Shown: positions 9,209-18,782 of the stretch, piece by piece
How the letters are laid out: every line of letters starts with the position of its first letter
Position numbering within the stretch: position 1 is the first letter of the stretch
Source of the DNA: Geminicoccaceae bacterium
GTDB taxonomy: Bacteria > Pseudomonadota > Alphaproteobacteria > Geminicoccales > Geminicoccaceae
NCBI GenBank assembly: GCA_028285265.1
Contig: JANQPX010000079.1
Location: 109,006-173,005, forward strand
Direction of reading: 5' to 3'
Length of the DNA: 64,000 nucleotides
Notes under the pieces: generated by a model
Databases searched by the model: none
Told to the model about the DNA's origin: nothing
The model's input: only the letters and a program-made list of their open reading frames with translations
Program-made: the position numbers and the translations under genes

Positions 9209-10198
9209 ATGACGACCCTGATCACCGGCGGCACCGGCTTCATCGGATCACGCCTTGCCCTCGATTACGCCGATCGCGGCGAGCCGGTCCGTGTCCTGGC
9301 CAAGATCAATAATGCCAATGAGCAGTTTTGCCATGATGAGGTCGCCAAAGCTGGCGCCGAAATGATCATTGGCGACATGTGTGATCCCGCAATCACCGCG
9401 AAAGCGATGGAGGGGGTGAAAACGCTTTATCATCTCGCGGCCGCGCAGCATGAAGCGAATGTCGACGACGACTATTTTCGCCGGAATAATGTCGGCGGCA
9501 CAAAGACCATTCTTGATGCCGCCGTCAATGCCAAGGTCGATCGTGTCGTTCATTCCAGCACGATTGGCGTCTATGGGCAGATGGATCAAGGCCATGTGCA
9601 TGACCAAACCCCGCTCTTTCCTGACAACATCTACGGCCAGACCAAGCTCGAAGGTGAACACCTGGTTCGAAGCTATCAGGATCGCTTGAAGCTGACGATC
9701 ATCCGCACTTGTGAGACATTCGGTCCTGGTGACTTTCGCCTGTTGAAGCTCTTCAAGGGTATCAAGTCGAAGAAATTCTTCATGATTGGCAAGGGTGAAA
9801 ATCTCCATCACCTTCTCTATATCGATGATCTCATCGACGGGCTGAAGCGCGCAGCCACTGCCGAAGAAGCCATCGGCGAGACGTTTGTGATTCCTGGCCA
9901 TCGCCCGGTCACCACGCAAGAGATGGTCGACGGCATTAGCCAGGCGCTCGGTACCTCCAGCCCGAAGATTCGCGTACCGCTTCCACTGATGATGGGCGCC
10001 GCAAAGGTGTGTGAGGATATTTGTCGTCCGATGGGGATCCAGCCGCCGCTTCATCGCCGTCGCATGAACTTCTTCGTGAAGAGTTTTAAATTTTCAGGCG
10101 ATAATATCCGTCAAAAACTCGCCTTTGAGGCAAAAACAGACTTCAACGAGGGTGCCAAGCGCACGGCAAAGTGGTATCAGGACGCCGGGATGATCTAA
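9209..10198 (+). CDS. NAD-dependent epimerase/dehydratase (SDR extended family)
   Basis: MTTLITGGTGFIGS Rossmann start and YGQTK catalytic motif. Start moved from 9164 to the ATG at 9209, which is preceded by GAGGAA. Confidence 0.85.
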   Translation: MTTLITGGTGFIGSRLALDYADRGEPVRVLAKINNANEQFCHDEVAKAGAEMIIGDMCDPAITAKAMEGVKTLYHLAAAQHEANVDDDYFRRNNVGGTKTILDAAVNAKVDRVVHSSTIGVYGQMDQGHVHDQTPLFPDNIYGQTKLEGEHLVRSYQDRLKLTIIRTCETFGPGDFRLLKLFKGIKSKKFFMIGKGENLHHLLYIDDLIDGLKRAATAEEAIGETFVIPGHRPVTTQEMVDGISQALGTSSPKIRVPLPLMMGAAKVCEDICRPMGIQPPLHRRRMNFFVKSFKFSGDNIRQKLAFEAKTDFNEGAKRTAKWYQDAGMI

Positions 10199-10238
10199 AC
10201 ACGCCCGAGTCAAGGAAAAACGCCCAAGGACCAGCACG

Positions 10239-11060
10239 ATGAGCAGCATGGCCAAAACAGCCGATGGTCACGGCCACGGCAAAGCGATGTCAGGACCGCG
10301 TTCCGACAAACTCGCTGCCCAAATGGAACCATTCGACAGCTTCTGGGAGGGCCCAGAAGATGTGCAGAAGGGCTATCGCACGTTCAAAGCCTTTTACCGT
10401 GCGAACTATCTAAAGCATCTCACGCCGAACAAAGATGCGAAAATCTTGGTGGTGAGTTGTGGTCCTGGTTACTTCGTCAACACTGTAAACCAAGTGGGCT
10501 ATCGCGATGTGACGGGGATCGATAGCTTCGAGGATAAGATCACCCATGCCGGATTTCACGGTCTGAACTGCATTCATGCTCGGGCCTTCGAGTATCTAGC
10601 TGAGCAACAAGATGATACCTATGACGTCATCTTTGGAGAGCAGGAACTCAATCACCTGACCAAAGATGAGATGATCGAGTTTCTCGAGCTGGCGTACAGG
10701 AAGCTGAAGCCAGGTGGCCAGTTAATTTGTCATGGGTTGAATGGTGCCAATCCGATCGTCGGTGCAGAAACGCTCGCTCAAAACTGGGATCATCAAAACA
10801 CCTTCACCAGCTATTCGCTGAACCAGGTCTTGGAACACACCGGGTATGAGGTCCAAAAGATCTTTGGCCTTCATCTCTACGTCTTCTACAAGAACCCGGC
10901 GAACTATGTTGCTTGGGGTATGACCGCTAGCTTCCATTTGCTGTTTCAAATCCTTTTCAAGATCTATGGCAAGTTCAACAAAATCTTCGAGAAGAAGATC
11001 GCCGCGGTCGCGATCAAGCCTGCCACTGATAAGGGCAGCAAGCATCTCAGAAGCGTCTGA
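10239..11060 (+). CDS. class I SAM-dependent methyltransferase
   Basis: SAM-binding motif I (ILVVSCGPGYF) and post-I acidic residue (GIDSFED), with a KLKPGG motif. Confidence 0.75.
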   Translation: MSSMAKTADGHGHGKAMSGPRSDKLAAQMEPFDSFWEGPEDVQKGYRTFKAFYRANYLKHLTPNKDAKILVVSCGPGYFVNTVNQVGYRDVTGIDSFEDKITHAGFHGLNCIHARAFEYLAEQQDDTYDVIFGEQELNHLTKDEMIEFLELAYRKLKPGGQLICHGLNGANPIVGAETLAQNWDHQNTFTSYSLNQVLEHTGYEVQKIFGLHLYVFYKNPANYVAWGMTASFHLLFQILFKIYGKFNKIFEKKIAAVAIKPATDKGSKHLRSV

Positions 11061-11065
11061 CCAAC

Positions 11066-13048
11066 GTGTGCGGTATTGCTGGACAGGTCGGCGCGCGGCT
11101 GTTGGACGAGGAGAGGATGCGGTCTGTGACCGCAGCCATTGCGCATCGCGGGCCCGATGGTTTCGATCATCTGCGCCGCTCGCAGGCTTGGCTTGGTCAT
11201 CGCCGGTTGAGCATCATTGATCTCGAAGGTGGCCGACAGCCAATTGGAAACGAAGACGGTAGCGTTTGGATCGTCTGCAATGGCGAGATCTACAACTACC
11301 GGGATCTTCGCCCGGCGCTGATCGCAAAGGGACATGTGTTTACCACGGAGAGTGACTGCGAGGTCATCCTTCATCTTTACGAAGAAGAGGGTGAGGACTG
11401 CCTTCAAAAACTGCGCGGCATGTTCGCCTTTGCCATCTGGGATGAGCGAAAGCAGCGTCTCTTCTGCGCCCGCGATCGATTGGGTCAAAAGCCGTTTTAT
11501 TATACCCATCACGACGGCGGCTTGCTGTTCGCGTCGGAAATCAAGGCGCTTTTGAAAGCGGATCCTAGCCTACGGCAGATGAATGCTGAGGCTTTTGACG
11601 AATATATGGCGCTTCGCCTTATCGGTGCGCCCAAGTCGATGTTTCAGGGCATCAGCAAGCTTTCGCCGGGTCACTTTATGACCTTTACGAGCGATGGGCG
11701 CTGCACGGTCCAGCGTTACTGGGATCTCGACTATGAACCGAAGAGTGTGCTGAGCGAGGCGGCGCTGCTTTCGGAGCTGGAAGAGAGGCTCGTTGATTGT
11801 CTGAAGTATCACCTCGTGAGCGATGTCCCAGTCGGCGCGTTCATGAGCGGCGGGCTCGATTCCACGTTGCTCGTCGCCCTGACGAAAAAGCACAAGCTTG
11901 CTGATGACCTTCAGACCTTCACCATTGGTCTACCCTATGATCGTTATGATGAAGCGCCGACGGCACGGTCCGTGGCCAAAGCCTTTGGTACAACCCATCG
12001 AGAAGAGACGATCACGCCGTCACTCCTGACGGAACTGCCGAGGCTTGTTGCGACGCTTGATGAACCCTCGGACAGCCTGGCGATCTGCATGGACAAGATT
12101 GCGGCTCTGGCATCGCGCCACGTCAAGGTGGTATTTGGTGGCGATGGAGGGGACGAGCTCTTCGGCGGTTATGATCGCTATTACGGCAACCGCATTGCGG
12201 GACACTACGCAAACATTCCTGCTTTTATCCGCCGCGGTATCATCCGTCCAATCGTTGACAGGCTTCCTGATGGCAAGTGGTACAAGAGTCTTGGTCATCA
12301 GCTGAAATGGCTGGATCGCTTGGCTGATGCCGAACCGGCCAGCGCTCGCTATCTGGAGAGTCTTGGTTACTTCTATATGCGACGCAGTTTCCGTGATGAT
12401 CTCTATAGTGACGACTTCAAGGCTCGATTAGCGACCAGCGCACCGGGCAGGGTCATGATGGACGCCTTTGATCGCGTGCCTGAACGCGCCCTTACGGACA
12501 AGATGCTCTATGCGGACGGCCATATGCGTCTTCCCGATCACCCCGTGCTGATTTCCGATCGTATGACGATGGCCCATGGTCTGGAAGCACGGTCACCATT
12601 CATGGACCATGAGCTCGTCGAGTTTGTCGCCAAGGCCCCGGCCTCATTAAAAGTTAAGGGGCGCACGCTTCGCCATTTGCAGGTCGAGCTTTGCAAGCGC
12701 GTCCTGCCAGCCGAGGTGCTGGAGCGCAAGAAGCAGGGGTTCTCATCAGCGCTGACGTATATGTTGAAGGACGAACTCAGCTTCTTACAATCCCACTATC
12801 TGAAGCAATCCACATTGGCGGCGGACGGCCTCCTGAACCAGCCGGTCATCGACAAGATGCGTGCCGAGCACAAGGCGGGAGCGGCCGATCATGGCCATCG
12901 CCTCTGGCTGCTTTTGAACAGCGAGGTTTGGTACCGCCATTACATCCGTGACGAATCGGTCGACGATCTCACGACAGAGATTTCGGAAGCGAAAGCGAAG
13001 TCTTTGGCTGATGGTAACACAAACATGAGGTTGGCCGATGCGGCGTGA
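11066..13048 (+). CDS. asparagine synthase (glutamine-hydrolysing) family amidotransferase, AsnB/WbpS-like
   Basis: N-terminal nucleophile MCGIAG, GHRRLSIIDL, and the PP-loop SGGLDS. Total 660 aa. Its position in a glycan cluster suggests an amidation role rather than housekeeping AsnB. Confidence 0.9.
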   Translation: MCGIAGQVGARLLDEERMRSVTAAIAHRGPDGFDHLRRSQAWLGHRRLSIIDLEGGRQPIGNEDGSVWIVCNGEIYNYRDLRPALIAKGHVFTTESDCEVILHLYEEEGEDCLQKLRGMFAFAIWDERKQRLFCARDRLGQKPFYYTHHDGGLLFASEIKALLKADPSLRQMNAEAFDEYMALRLIGAPKSMFQGISKLSPGHFMTFTSDGRCTVQRYWDLDYEPKSVLSEAALLSELEERLVDCLKYHLVSDVPVGAFMSGGLDSTLLVALTKKHKLADDLQTFTIGLPYDRYDEAPTARSVAKAFGTTHREETITPSLLTELPRLVATLDEPSDSLAICMDKIAALASRHVKVVFGGDGGDELFGGYDRYYGNRIAGHYANIPAFIRRGIIRPIVDRLPDGKWYKSLGHQLKWLDRLADAEPASARYLESLGYFYMRRSFRDDLYSDDFKARLATSAPGRVMMDAFDRVPERALTDKMLYADGHMRLPDHPVLISDRMTMAHGLEARSPFMDHELVEFVAKAPASLKVKGRTLRHLQVELCKRVLPAEVLERKKQGFSSALTYMLKDELSFLQSHYLKQSTLAADGLLNQPVIDKMRAEHKAGAADHGHRLWLLLNSEVWYRHYIRDESVDDLTTEISEAKAKSLADGNTNMRLADAA

Positions 13049-14765
13049 CCTAAAGGCATTGGCGGACAGCAAGTTCGATCTTGTCGTTATCGGTGGTGGC
13101 GTGTTTGGGGCCGCCGCTGCCTGGGAGGCTGTCCAGCGTGGCCTCTCCGTCGCCTTGATCGAGCGTGCGGACTTCGCCGGCTACACCAGCGCCAACTCCT
13201 ACAAAGTGGTGCATGGCGGGATACGCTATATCCAGCATGGCGACGTGTACCGCATCCGCCAGTCTGCCGGCGAGCGATCAGCCTTTCTCCGCATCGCACC
13301 CCATCTGGTGCGACCTTTACCGATTGCCATCCCGACCTATGGCTATGGCATGAAAGGCAAAGCTGCTCTTCGTGCCGGGGTGGGTGCCTATGATCTGCTC
13401 ACGGTCGACCGCAATCGCGGCATTGCTGATCCCGAACGTCGCATACCGTTCGGCAGAGGACTGTCAAAAAAGGACACCCTTGAGCTCTTCCCGAACTTAC
13501 AATCCCAAGGTCTGACGGGATCCGTCATTTTCAACGACGGACAGATGCTCAACCCGCCACGTCTCGTCCTGGCCTTTGTGCAGAGTGCGGTTCAAGCAGG
13601 TGCTGTCGCTGCCAACTATGTTGAGGCAACCGGTCTCATTCAAGACGGTGATGCCGTCACTGGCGTGTTGGCAAGGGACGTCCTCTGCGACGCGGAATTC
13701 GCGATCAAGGCCAAGATGGTCTTGAACGCTGCCGGCCCCTATGCCGAAGGGTTTGTCGCAAAGGTTTTGAACAAAGACCGGTCACATGCGGCTCGCACCT
13801 ATTCCAGAGATGCGTGTTTTGTTGTGAACCGGCGGCTTTTTGATCATGACATTGCCCTTGCGGCACAGGGGCAAACGCATGATCCCGATGCTGTGATCAG
13901 CCGGGGTAATCGCCATCTCTTTATCGCGCCCTGGCGCGACTATACCTTGATCGGAACATGGCATGTGGTCTGGACGAAAGACCCCGCCGCAATTCGGGTC
14001 GAGGACGATGAGTTGCAGTCCTTTATCGACGAGGTGCAGGCCGGCTATCCCGGCTTGGATCTTTCGCTGGACGATGTTGGTATCTGGAACTGTGGTCTGG
14101 TTCCGTTTGGTGAAAATGAAGAAGGTGCGACCCATTTGCGCTACGGCCACCGCTCGAGTTTGATCGATCATGGTCGTGAGGACGGTGTTCAGAATCTTCT
14201 GACGTTGATTGGTGTGCGATTCACCACCGGGCGCTATGAGGCGGAAAAGGCCATTGATGTCATCGCGGAACGACTGGGTGCCGGACGGGGCGTGTCGCAG
14301 ACCTCGATGACGCCGCTCCACGGCGGTAATCTCCCGTCGACCATAGACTCCGCTGTTCAGCAAGCGATCCGTGACCACGGCAAGCATTGCTCGCCGGACG
14401 TCCTACGCTCGCTCGTCCATCACTATGGCGCGACCTTGAATGACGTGATGCACGAGGCTAGTGGCGCGCCGGATCTACTCGCGCCTGTTGGCATGAGCAA
14501 CGTGATCGCAGCGCAGGCGGTGCATGCGATCAGGCATGAGATGGCGCAAACGCTTGGCGACATCGTATTTCGTCGGACGGACCTCGCCACCGGTGCCTAT
14601 CCCGGCGAAGTTGCACTTCGTCGTATCGCGCATGTCGTTGCCCCGATGCTTGGTTGGGACAAGGCGACGATTGCCGCAGAAATCGAGCAGGTGAAGGCAC
14701 GCTTTCCCAAGCGCGCTGTTGGCGCTATCGATCAGGATGACAGCGCAACCATCGAAGCGGCCTGA
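13038..14765 (+). CDS. FAD-dependent oxidoreductase, glycerol-3-phosphate dehydrogenase/oxidase (GlpD-like) family
   Basis: DLVVIGGGVFGAAAAWEAVQRGLSVALIERADFAGYTSANSYKVVHGGIRYIQ matches the GlpD N-terminus. The start overlaps the asnB-like stop by 11 nt. Confidence 0.8.
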   Translation: MRRDLKALADSKFDLVVIGGGVFGAAAAWEAVQRGLSVALIERADFAGYTSANSYKVVHGGIRYIQHGDVYRIRQSAGERSAFLRIAPHLVRPLPIAIPTYGYGMKGKAALRAGVGAYDLLTVDRNRGIADPERRIPFGRGLSKKDTLELFPNLQSQGLTGSVIFNDGQMLNPPRLVLAFVQSAVQAGAVAANYVEATGLIQDGDAVTGVLARDVLCDAEFAIKAKMVLNAAGPYAEGFVAKVLNKDRSHAARTYSRDACFVVNRRLFDHDIALAAQGQTHDPDAVISRGNRHLFIAPWRDYTLIGTWHVVWTKDPAAIRVEDDELQSFIDEVQAGYPGLDLSLDDVGIWNCGLVPFGENEEGATHLRYGHRSSLIDHGREDGVQNLLTLIGVRFTTGRYEAEKAIDVIAERLGAGRGVSQTSMTPLHGGNLPSTIDSAVQQAIRDHGKHCSPDVLRSLVHHYGATLNDVMHEASGAPDLLAPVGMSNVIAAQAVHAIRHEMAQTLGDIVFRRTDLATGAYPGEVALRRIAHVVAPMLGWDKATIAAEIEQVKARFPKRAVGAIDQDDSATIEAA

Positions 14766-14845
14766 CCCGAGCTGTCGTTCGGCGACCTTCCCGAGCGGCG
14801 GTTCATCGCGCTATAGTTTCTCCAAGCAACAACGGTCCTTGGGAG

Positions 14846-15886
14846 ATGACGATGGCGACAGGCATTCGGGCTGGTGTAATCGGATGCGGCTTCTTCGCGC
14901 AAAACCATCTCCATGCCTGGCGGGATATCGATGACGTCGAGCTTGTGGCGGTTTGCGATCTCGATCGTGCCAAGGCGGAGACCGCCGCCGCCAACTTCGG
15001 GGTCCCTTCTGTCTATGATGACGCCGAAGCGATGTTGACGTCGGAGACGCTCGATTTTGTCGATATCATTACGACCATGCCCACCCATCGGCCGATCGCA
15101 GAACTGGCAGCGCGATGTCGTGTGCCCATGATTGTGCAAAAGCCATTCGCGCCCACGATCGAGGATTGTCGCGCGATCGTTCAAGCGGCGGCTGACGCCG
15201 GTGTGCCCTTGATGGTCCATGAAAATTTCCGTTTCCAGGGTCCGATCAGAGCGGTGCGAGACGTCTTGCAAAGCGGGGTTATCGGCCAACCTTTTTTCGG
15301 CCGCATCGCCTGGCGGACCGCATATGATGTCTATGCTAATCAACCCTATCTCGCCGAGGAAGAACGCTTTTTGCTGTTGGATCTTGTCATCCATCTCGCC
15401 GATGTGGATCGCTTTCTCTTCGGCGAGGTGGAAAGGCTCACCTGCCATACCCAAAGCATCAAGCCGGGCATTAAAGGGGAGGACTCTGCCGTTCTCCTGC
15501 TCCGTCACGAGAACGGTGTCACCTCTGTGCTGGATGCAACTTACAGCAGCAAGAGGGATCCCGACCCCTTCCCTCAAACCTTGATCGAAATCGATGGTAG
15601 TGAGGGATCGGTGCGGCTGGATTTCGGCTTTGAACTGACGACCGTCAGTCCGGCGGGCACCGAGCGCCGAACCGTTGAGCCGCTTTTATTGCCTTGGGCT
15701 GCCAAGCCTTGGCATGGGATTCAGGAGAGTGTGCTCCGAACGCAAGAGCACTGGGTCGATTGTCTCAAGGCTGGTCGCGAGCCTGACATCTCGGGGGCCG
15801 ACAATCTCAAGACCTACGCTCTTTGTGAAGCGGCTTATGCCTCGCAATCAAGCGGGCAGACCGTCGATCCCCGCGTGTTCGCGTAG
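14846..15886 (+). CDS. Gfo/Idh/MocA family oxidoreductase
   Basis: IRAGVIGCGFFAQNHLHAW Rossmann start and IVQKPFAPT motif. Confidence 0.85.
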   Translation: MTMATGIRAGVIGCGFFAQNHLHAWRDIDDVELVAVCDLDRAKAETAAANFGVPSVYDDAEAMLTSETLDFVDIITTMPTHRPIAELAARCRVPMIVQKPFAPTIEDCRAIVQAAADAGVPLMVHENFRFQGPIRAVRDVLQSGVIGQPFFGRIAWRTAYDVYANQPYLAEEERFLLLDLVIHLADVDRFLFGEVERLTCHTQSIKPGIKGEDSAVLLLRHENGVTSVLDATYSSKRDPDPFPQTLIEIDGSEGSVRLDFGFELTTVSPAGTERRTVEPLLLPWAAKPWHGIQESVLRTQEHWVDCLKAGREPDISGADNLKTYALCEAAYASQSSGQTVDPRVFA

Positions 15887-15891
15887 GTCCC

Positions 15892-16734
15892 ATGAGCGAT
15901 CCTGATCACCAGCATACGGTCGTTACCTATTACGACACGCATCCCATCAACGAGCAGCAGATTCTTGAGAAGTTGGAGCGCGATGATATCGCGTTGGAGG
16001 GCCTGACCGAGCGCGACCTTCAGGCCTATGACCAGGATCATTATGGCGGCATTGAGATCACAGAGCAGCTCGCCAATGACGCCGGCATGGCAGCCGATCA
16101 TCGCGTGCTGGATGTCTGTAGCGGCATGGGGGGGCCTGCCCGCTATTTTGCTTACCATCGCGGTTGCAGCGTGATGGGGTTGGACTTGACCGCAAGTAGG
16201 GTGGCGAGCGCTCAAAGGCTGACCGAGCTTGTCGGGCTGGATCATCTCGTCGATTTTCGCCAAGGGGACGCGCAAGCGATGCCCTTGGACGATGCGCAGT
16301 TCGATATTGCCATCAGCCAAGAAGCTCTGCTTCATGTGCCTGATAAGCGTGCCGTGATTGAGGAGTGCGCTCGTGTCCTGAAGTTGGGAGGTACCCTGGC
16401 GTTTACCGACCTTACCCAACGAACGGACATCGCCCATGATGATATGCGTCTGCTCAGCAAGGCACTAGCGTCCGTGAACTTTGCCACTGCAGACCAATAT
16501 CGTGAGTGGCTGCGTGGCGCCGGCTTTGAGATGATGGTCGATGTTGATCGCAGTGAGGACCTCAAGCAGATTCTGACCGAACGACTTGCTATGTATAAGT
16601 CGCTTGGCGATCAAACTCGTGCGCGCTTCGGCAAAGGACGTGAGAAGGAATGGGAGGACGGCTACAGCTTCTTCGTTGAAAGCGTGGTCAGGGGGCGCCT
16701 CGGTGGCTGCCGCTTTGTGGCACGGCGGGTTTAA
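15892..16734 (+). CDS. class I SAM-dependent methyltransferase
   Basis: VLDVCSGMGGPARYFA (motif I), GLDLT, FDIAISQEALLHV and VLKLGGTLAF. Confidence 0.8.
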   Translation: MSDPDHQHTVVTYYDTHPINEQQILEKLERDDIALEGLTERDLQAYDQDHYGGIEITEQLANDAGMAADHRVLDVCSGMGGPARYFAYHRGCSVMGLDLTASRVASAQRLTELVGLDHLVDFRQGDAQAMPLDDAQFDIAISQEALLHVPDKRAVIEECARVLKLGGTLAFTDLTQRTDIAHDDMRLLSKALASVNFATADQYREWLRGAGFEMMVDVDRSEDLKQILTERLAMYKSLGDQTRARFGKGREKEWEDGYSFFVESVVRGRLGGCRFVARRV

Positions 16735-16825
16735 TCACGGCATCGTGACACAAAAAGACCAACACGCTTGTTTGTTCACGACGATGGCCAACCGTGCGCC
16801 GGGAGCAGCCCAACGATGGACGTCG

Positions 16826-17860
16826 TTAGGTCTTCGCGCCGACGGTCGGTTCGTCGATATGCTCATGATCAACGAGGTTGGGCGTGACCCCGACTTGTCG
16901 ATAGATGCGCTTTTTAAGTCGCGGATAATCACCAACATCATAAGCAAGGCGCTCGCCGACAACGATACAACGAAGGATGTCATTGCCGGTGTTCTCGATG
17001 GTGTGGGCTAGGCCGCCTTTGCGGTACCCGATGAAGTCACCTGCTTTGATCGCATGCTCCCGACCACCGATGGTCGCCGTCGCCCGGCCCGACAAAATGT
17101 AGATGCATTCGTCTTCGTGATAGTGGCGGTGATACTCGGTGGTTTCTCGGCCGGGGTCGACCTCGATGATGTGGAATCCAAGACCGGTGAGCCCGGTAAG
17201 ATCGCCGAGCGACTTATTGATGCGCACGGCACGGCTATTGAGGAAATGGGTCTTTTTGAGGCCGTCCATCGCCTCAATCTCTTTCTTGGTGATCAGATAT
17301 GTATCGTTGCCCATCCCTGGCTCTGTTCCCTGGACGATCGCGACCTGCTCGGCTTCGTTTTGATTGGCCCCAGCTTCAGCCTTGGGATTCTTTTCGCTGC
17401 CGATATGGGCAAACGCCACGACTCCAGGCTGGAGACCGGTGTGGATATAGAGTCGCGTGTGCTTTCTGGGATAATCGACGACGTCACAAGCGCGGCGCTC
17501 ACCGACAACGATACAACGGAGGCTCGCCTCACCGCAGTTGGTGATCACATGTGACAAGCCACCCTTTCGGTAGCCGATGAAGTCACCGGCCTGAACGAGA
17601 AAGCGGTCGTTGCCGACAATGGCCTCTCCTTGGCCTGACAGCACATAAACCGCTTCGTCTTCACTTTGATGATGGTGGTACTCGGTGGTCTCGCGTCCTG
17701 GTGCTGTTTCGACAATGTTGAAGCCGAAGCCGGAAAGACCGGCTACATCACCAAGTGACTTCGTGACGCGCTGGGCGTTCGAATTGAGGAAATGCTCAAA
17801 GGGCACGCCTTGCATCATCTCGATGTCCTCGCGCGGGATCAGGTAGGTCTCCTCTGTCAT
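16826..17860 (-). CDS. bicupin protein (two tandem cupin domains)
   Basis: Two homologous halves each carry PGRETTEYH.H...DE..Y.LSG....IG......AGDFIGYRKGGL.H.I.N.G...LRCIVVGER. Confidence 0.85.
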   Translation of the reverse strand: MTEETYLIPREDIEMMQGVPFEHFLNSNAQRVTKSLGDVAGLSGFGFNIVETAPGRETTEYHHHQSEDEAVYVLSGQGEAIVGNDRFLVQAGDFIGYRKGGLSHVITNCGEASLRCIVVGERRACDVVDYPRKHTRLYIHTGLQPGVVAFAHIGSEKNPKAEAGANQNEAEQVAIVQGTEPGMGNDTYLITKKEIEAMDGLKKTHFLNSRAVRINKSLGDLTGLTGLGFHIIEVDPGRETTEYHRHYHEDECIYILSGRATATIGGREHAIKAGDFIGYRKGGLAHTIENTGNDILRCIVVGERLAYDVGDYPRLKKRIYRQVGVTPNLVDHEHIDEPTVGAKT

Positions 17861-18070
17861 CGGCTAGGCTTTCCCAAGAAATGGTCGCTCTGATGCGAGG
17901 TTACGGCAGAACATGGCATCACGGCTATGACAACGTCGCGGATCCTCTTGCCGATGAGCCGGCGGTTTGATCCGGGCGTTGAGCTTGAGCGGCGGCGCGT
18001 TTGATGTCACATCTTCTTCTTGCGTCATCAGTCAGATGTCGCCCACTCAAGTGCATTCAGGGAGCCACAC

Positions 18071-18778
18071 ATGTCCGACCAGCCTTTGACCCAAGACGAA
18101 CTCTCGGCACTTGCTGCGTTCGATACGCCGACCATCTGTAACGCTCTTGAGGTTGTCGCGCCGGAACGTCGGACACAAGGCTTCACCACGGAGACCATGG
18201 TGTGTCCGTTCCCTGATCGAAAGCCCATGGTCGGCTATGCCCGGACGGGTATGATTCGTGCGATGGAGAAACCAGCCCTCGACAAGGCTGCGATGCGCAA
18301 GGGGCGGCTCGACTACTATCGATACATGGCTGATGGCGATGTCCCGAAGATCGTGGTGCTCCAGGATCTGGACAGCAAGAAGGGCTTTGGTTGCTATTGG
18401 GGCGAAGTGAACACTGCTATTCATCTTGGGCTGGGTTGTGATGGTCTTGTGACCGACGGCGGGGTACGCGATCTGGACGCGGTGGCGCCAGGGTTTGGCA
18501 TTCTTTGTGGCAAGGTAACGCCATCCCATGCTTGGGTGCATCCTGTAGCATTTGGCAATGAGGTCGACATTTTTGGCATGGTCGTACGTTCCAATGACTT
18601 GATCCATGCCGACCGCCACGGTGCCGTGGTCATCCCCCATGGGGTCGCCCGTGATGTCGCAGAAGCGGCTGAGCTCTGCGGCCGCCGCGAAGAGCCGATT
18701 CTCGCTGCAGCAAGGCGTTCTGATTTCTCGATCGAGAAGCTTGAACAAGCGCTGGCGGCTGCCGACGAGATCCATTGA
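18071..18778 (+). CDS. RraA family protein (4-hydroxy-4-methyl-2-oxoglutarate aldolase / oxaloacetate decarboxylase-like)
   Basis: FDTPTICNALE, GEVNT and DGGVRD motifs. Start moved to the ATG at 18071, which is preceded by CAGGGAG. Confidence 0.75.
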   Translation: MSDQPLTQDELSALAAFDTPTICNALEVVAPERRTQGFTTETMVCPFPDRKPMVGYARTGMIRAMEKPALDKAAMRKGRLDYYRYMADGDVPKIVVLQDLDSKKGFGCYWGEVNTAIHLGLGCDGLVTDGGVRDLDAVAPGFGILCGKVTPSHAWVHPVAFGNEVDIFGMVVRSNDLIHADRHGAVVIPHGVARDVAEAAELCGRREEPILAAARRSDFSIEKLEQALAAADEIH

Positions 18779-18782
18779 CGCG

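Noticed and set aside
9248-10054. 268-aa minus-strand ORF opposite the epimerase gene
   Set aside because: Shadow ORF. The plus strand encodes the GGTGFIGS and YxxxK signature.
14732-15577. 281-aa minus-strand ORF opposite the Gfo/Idh/MocA gene
   Set aside because: No recognisable motifs. The plus-strand frame has the Rossmann and family motifs.
18047-18775. 242-aa minus-strand ORF opposite the RraA-like gene
   Set aside because: Shadow ORF with no motifs. The plus strand carries the RraA family motifs.
18606-18782. Upstream extension of the LysE gene overlapping the RraA-like gene
   Set aside because: The extension lies out of frame within a well-supported gene. The ATG at 18783, 5 nt after the RraA-like stop, gives the typical LysE N-terminus.
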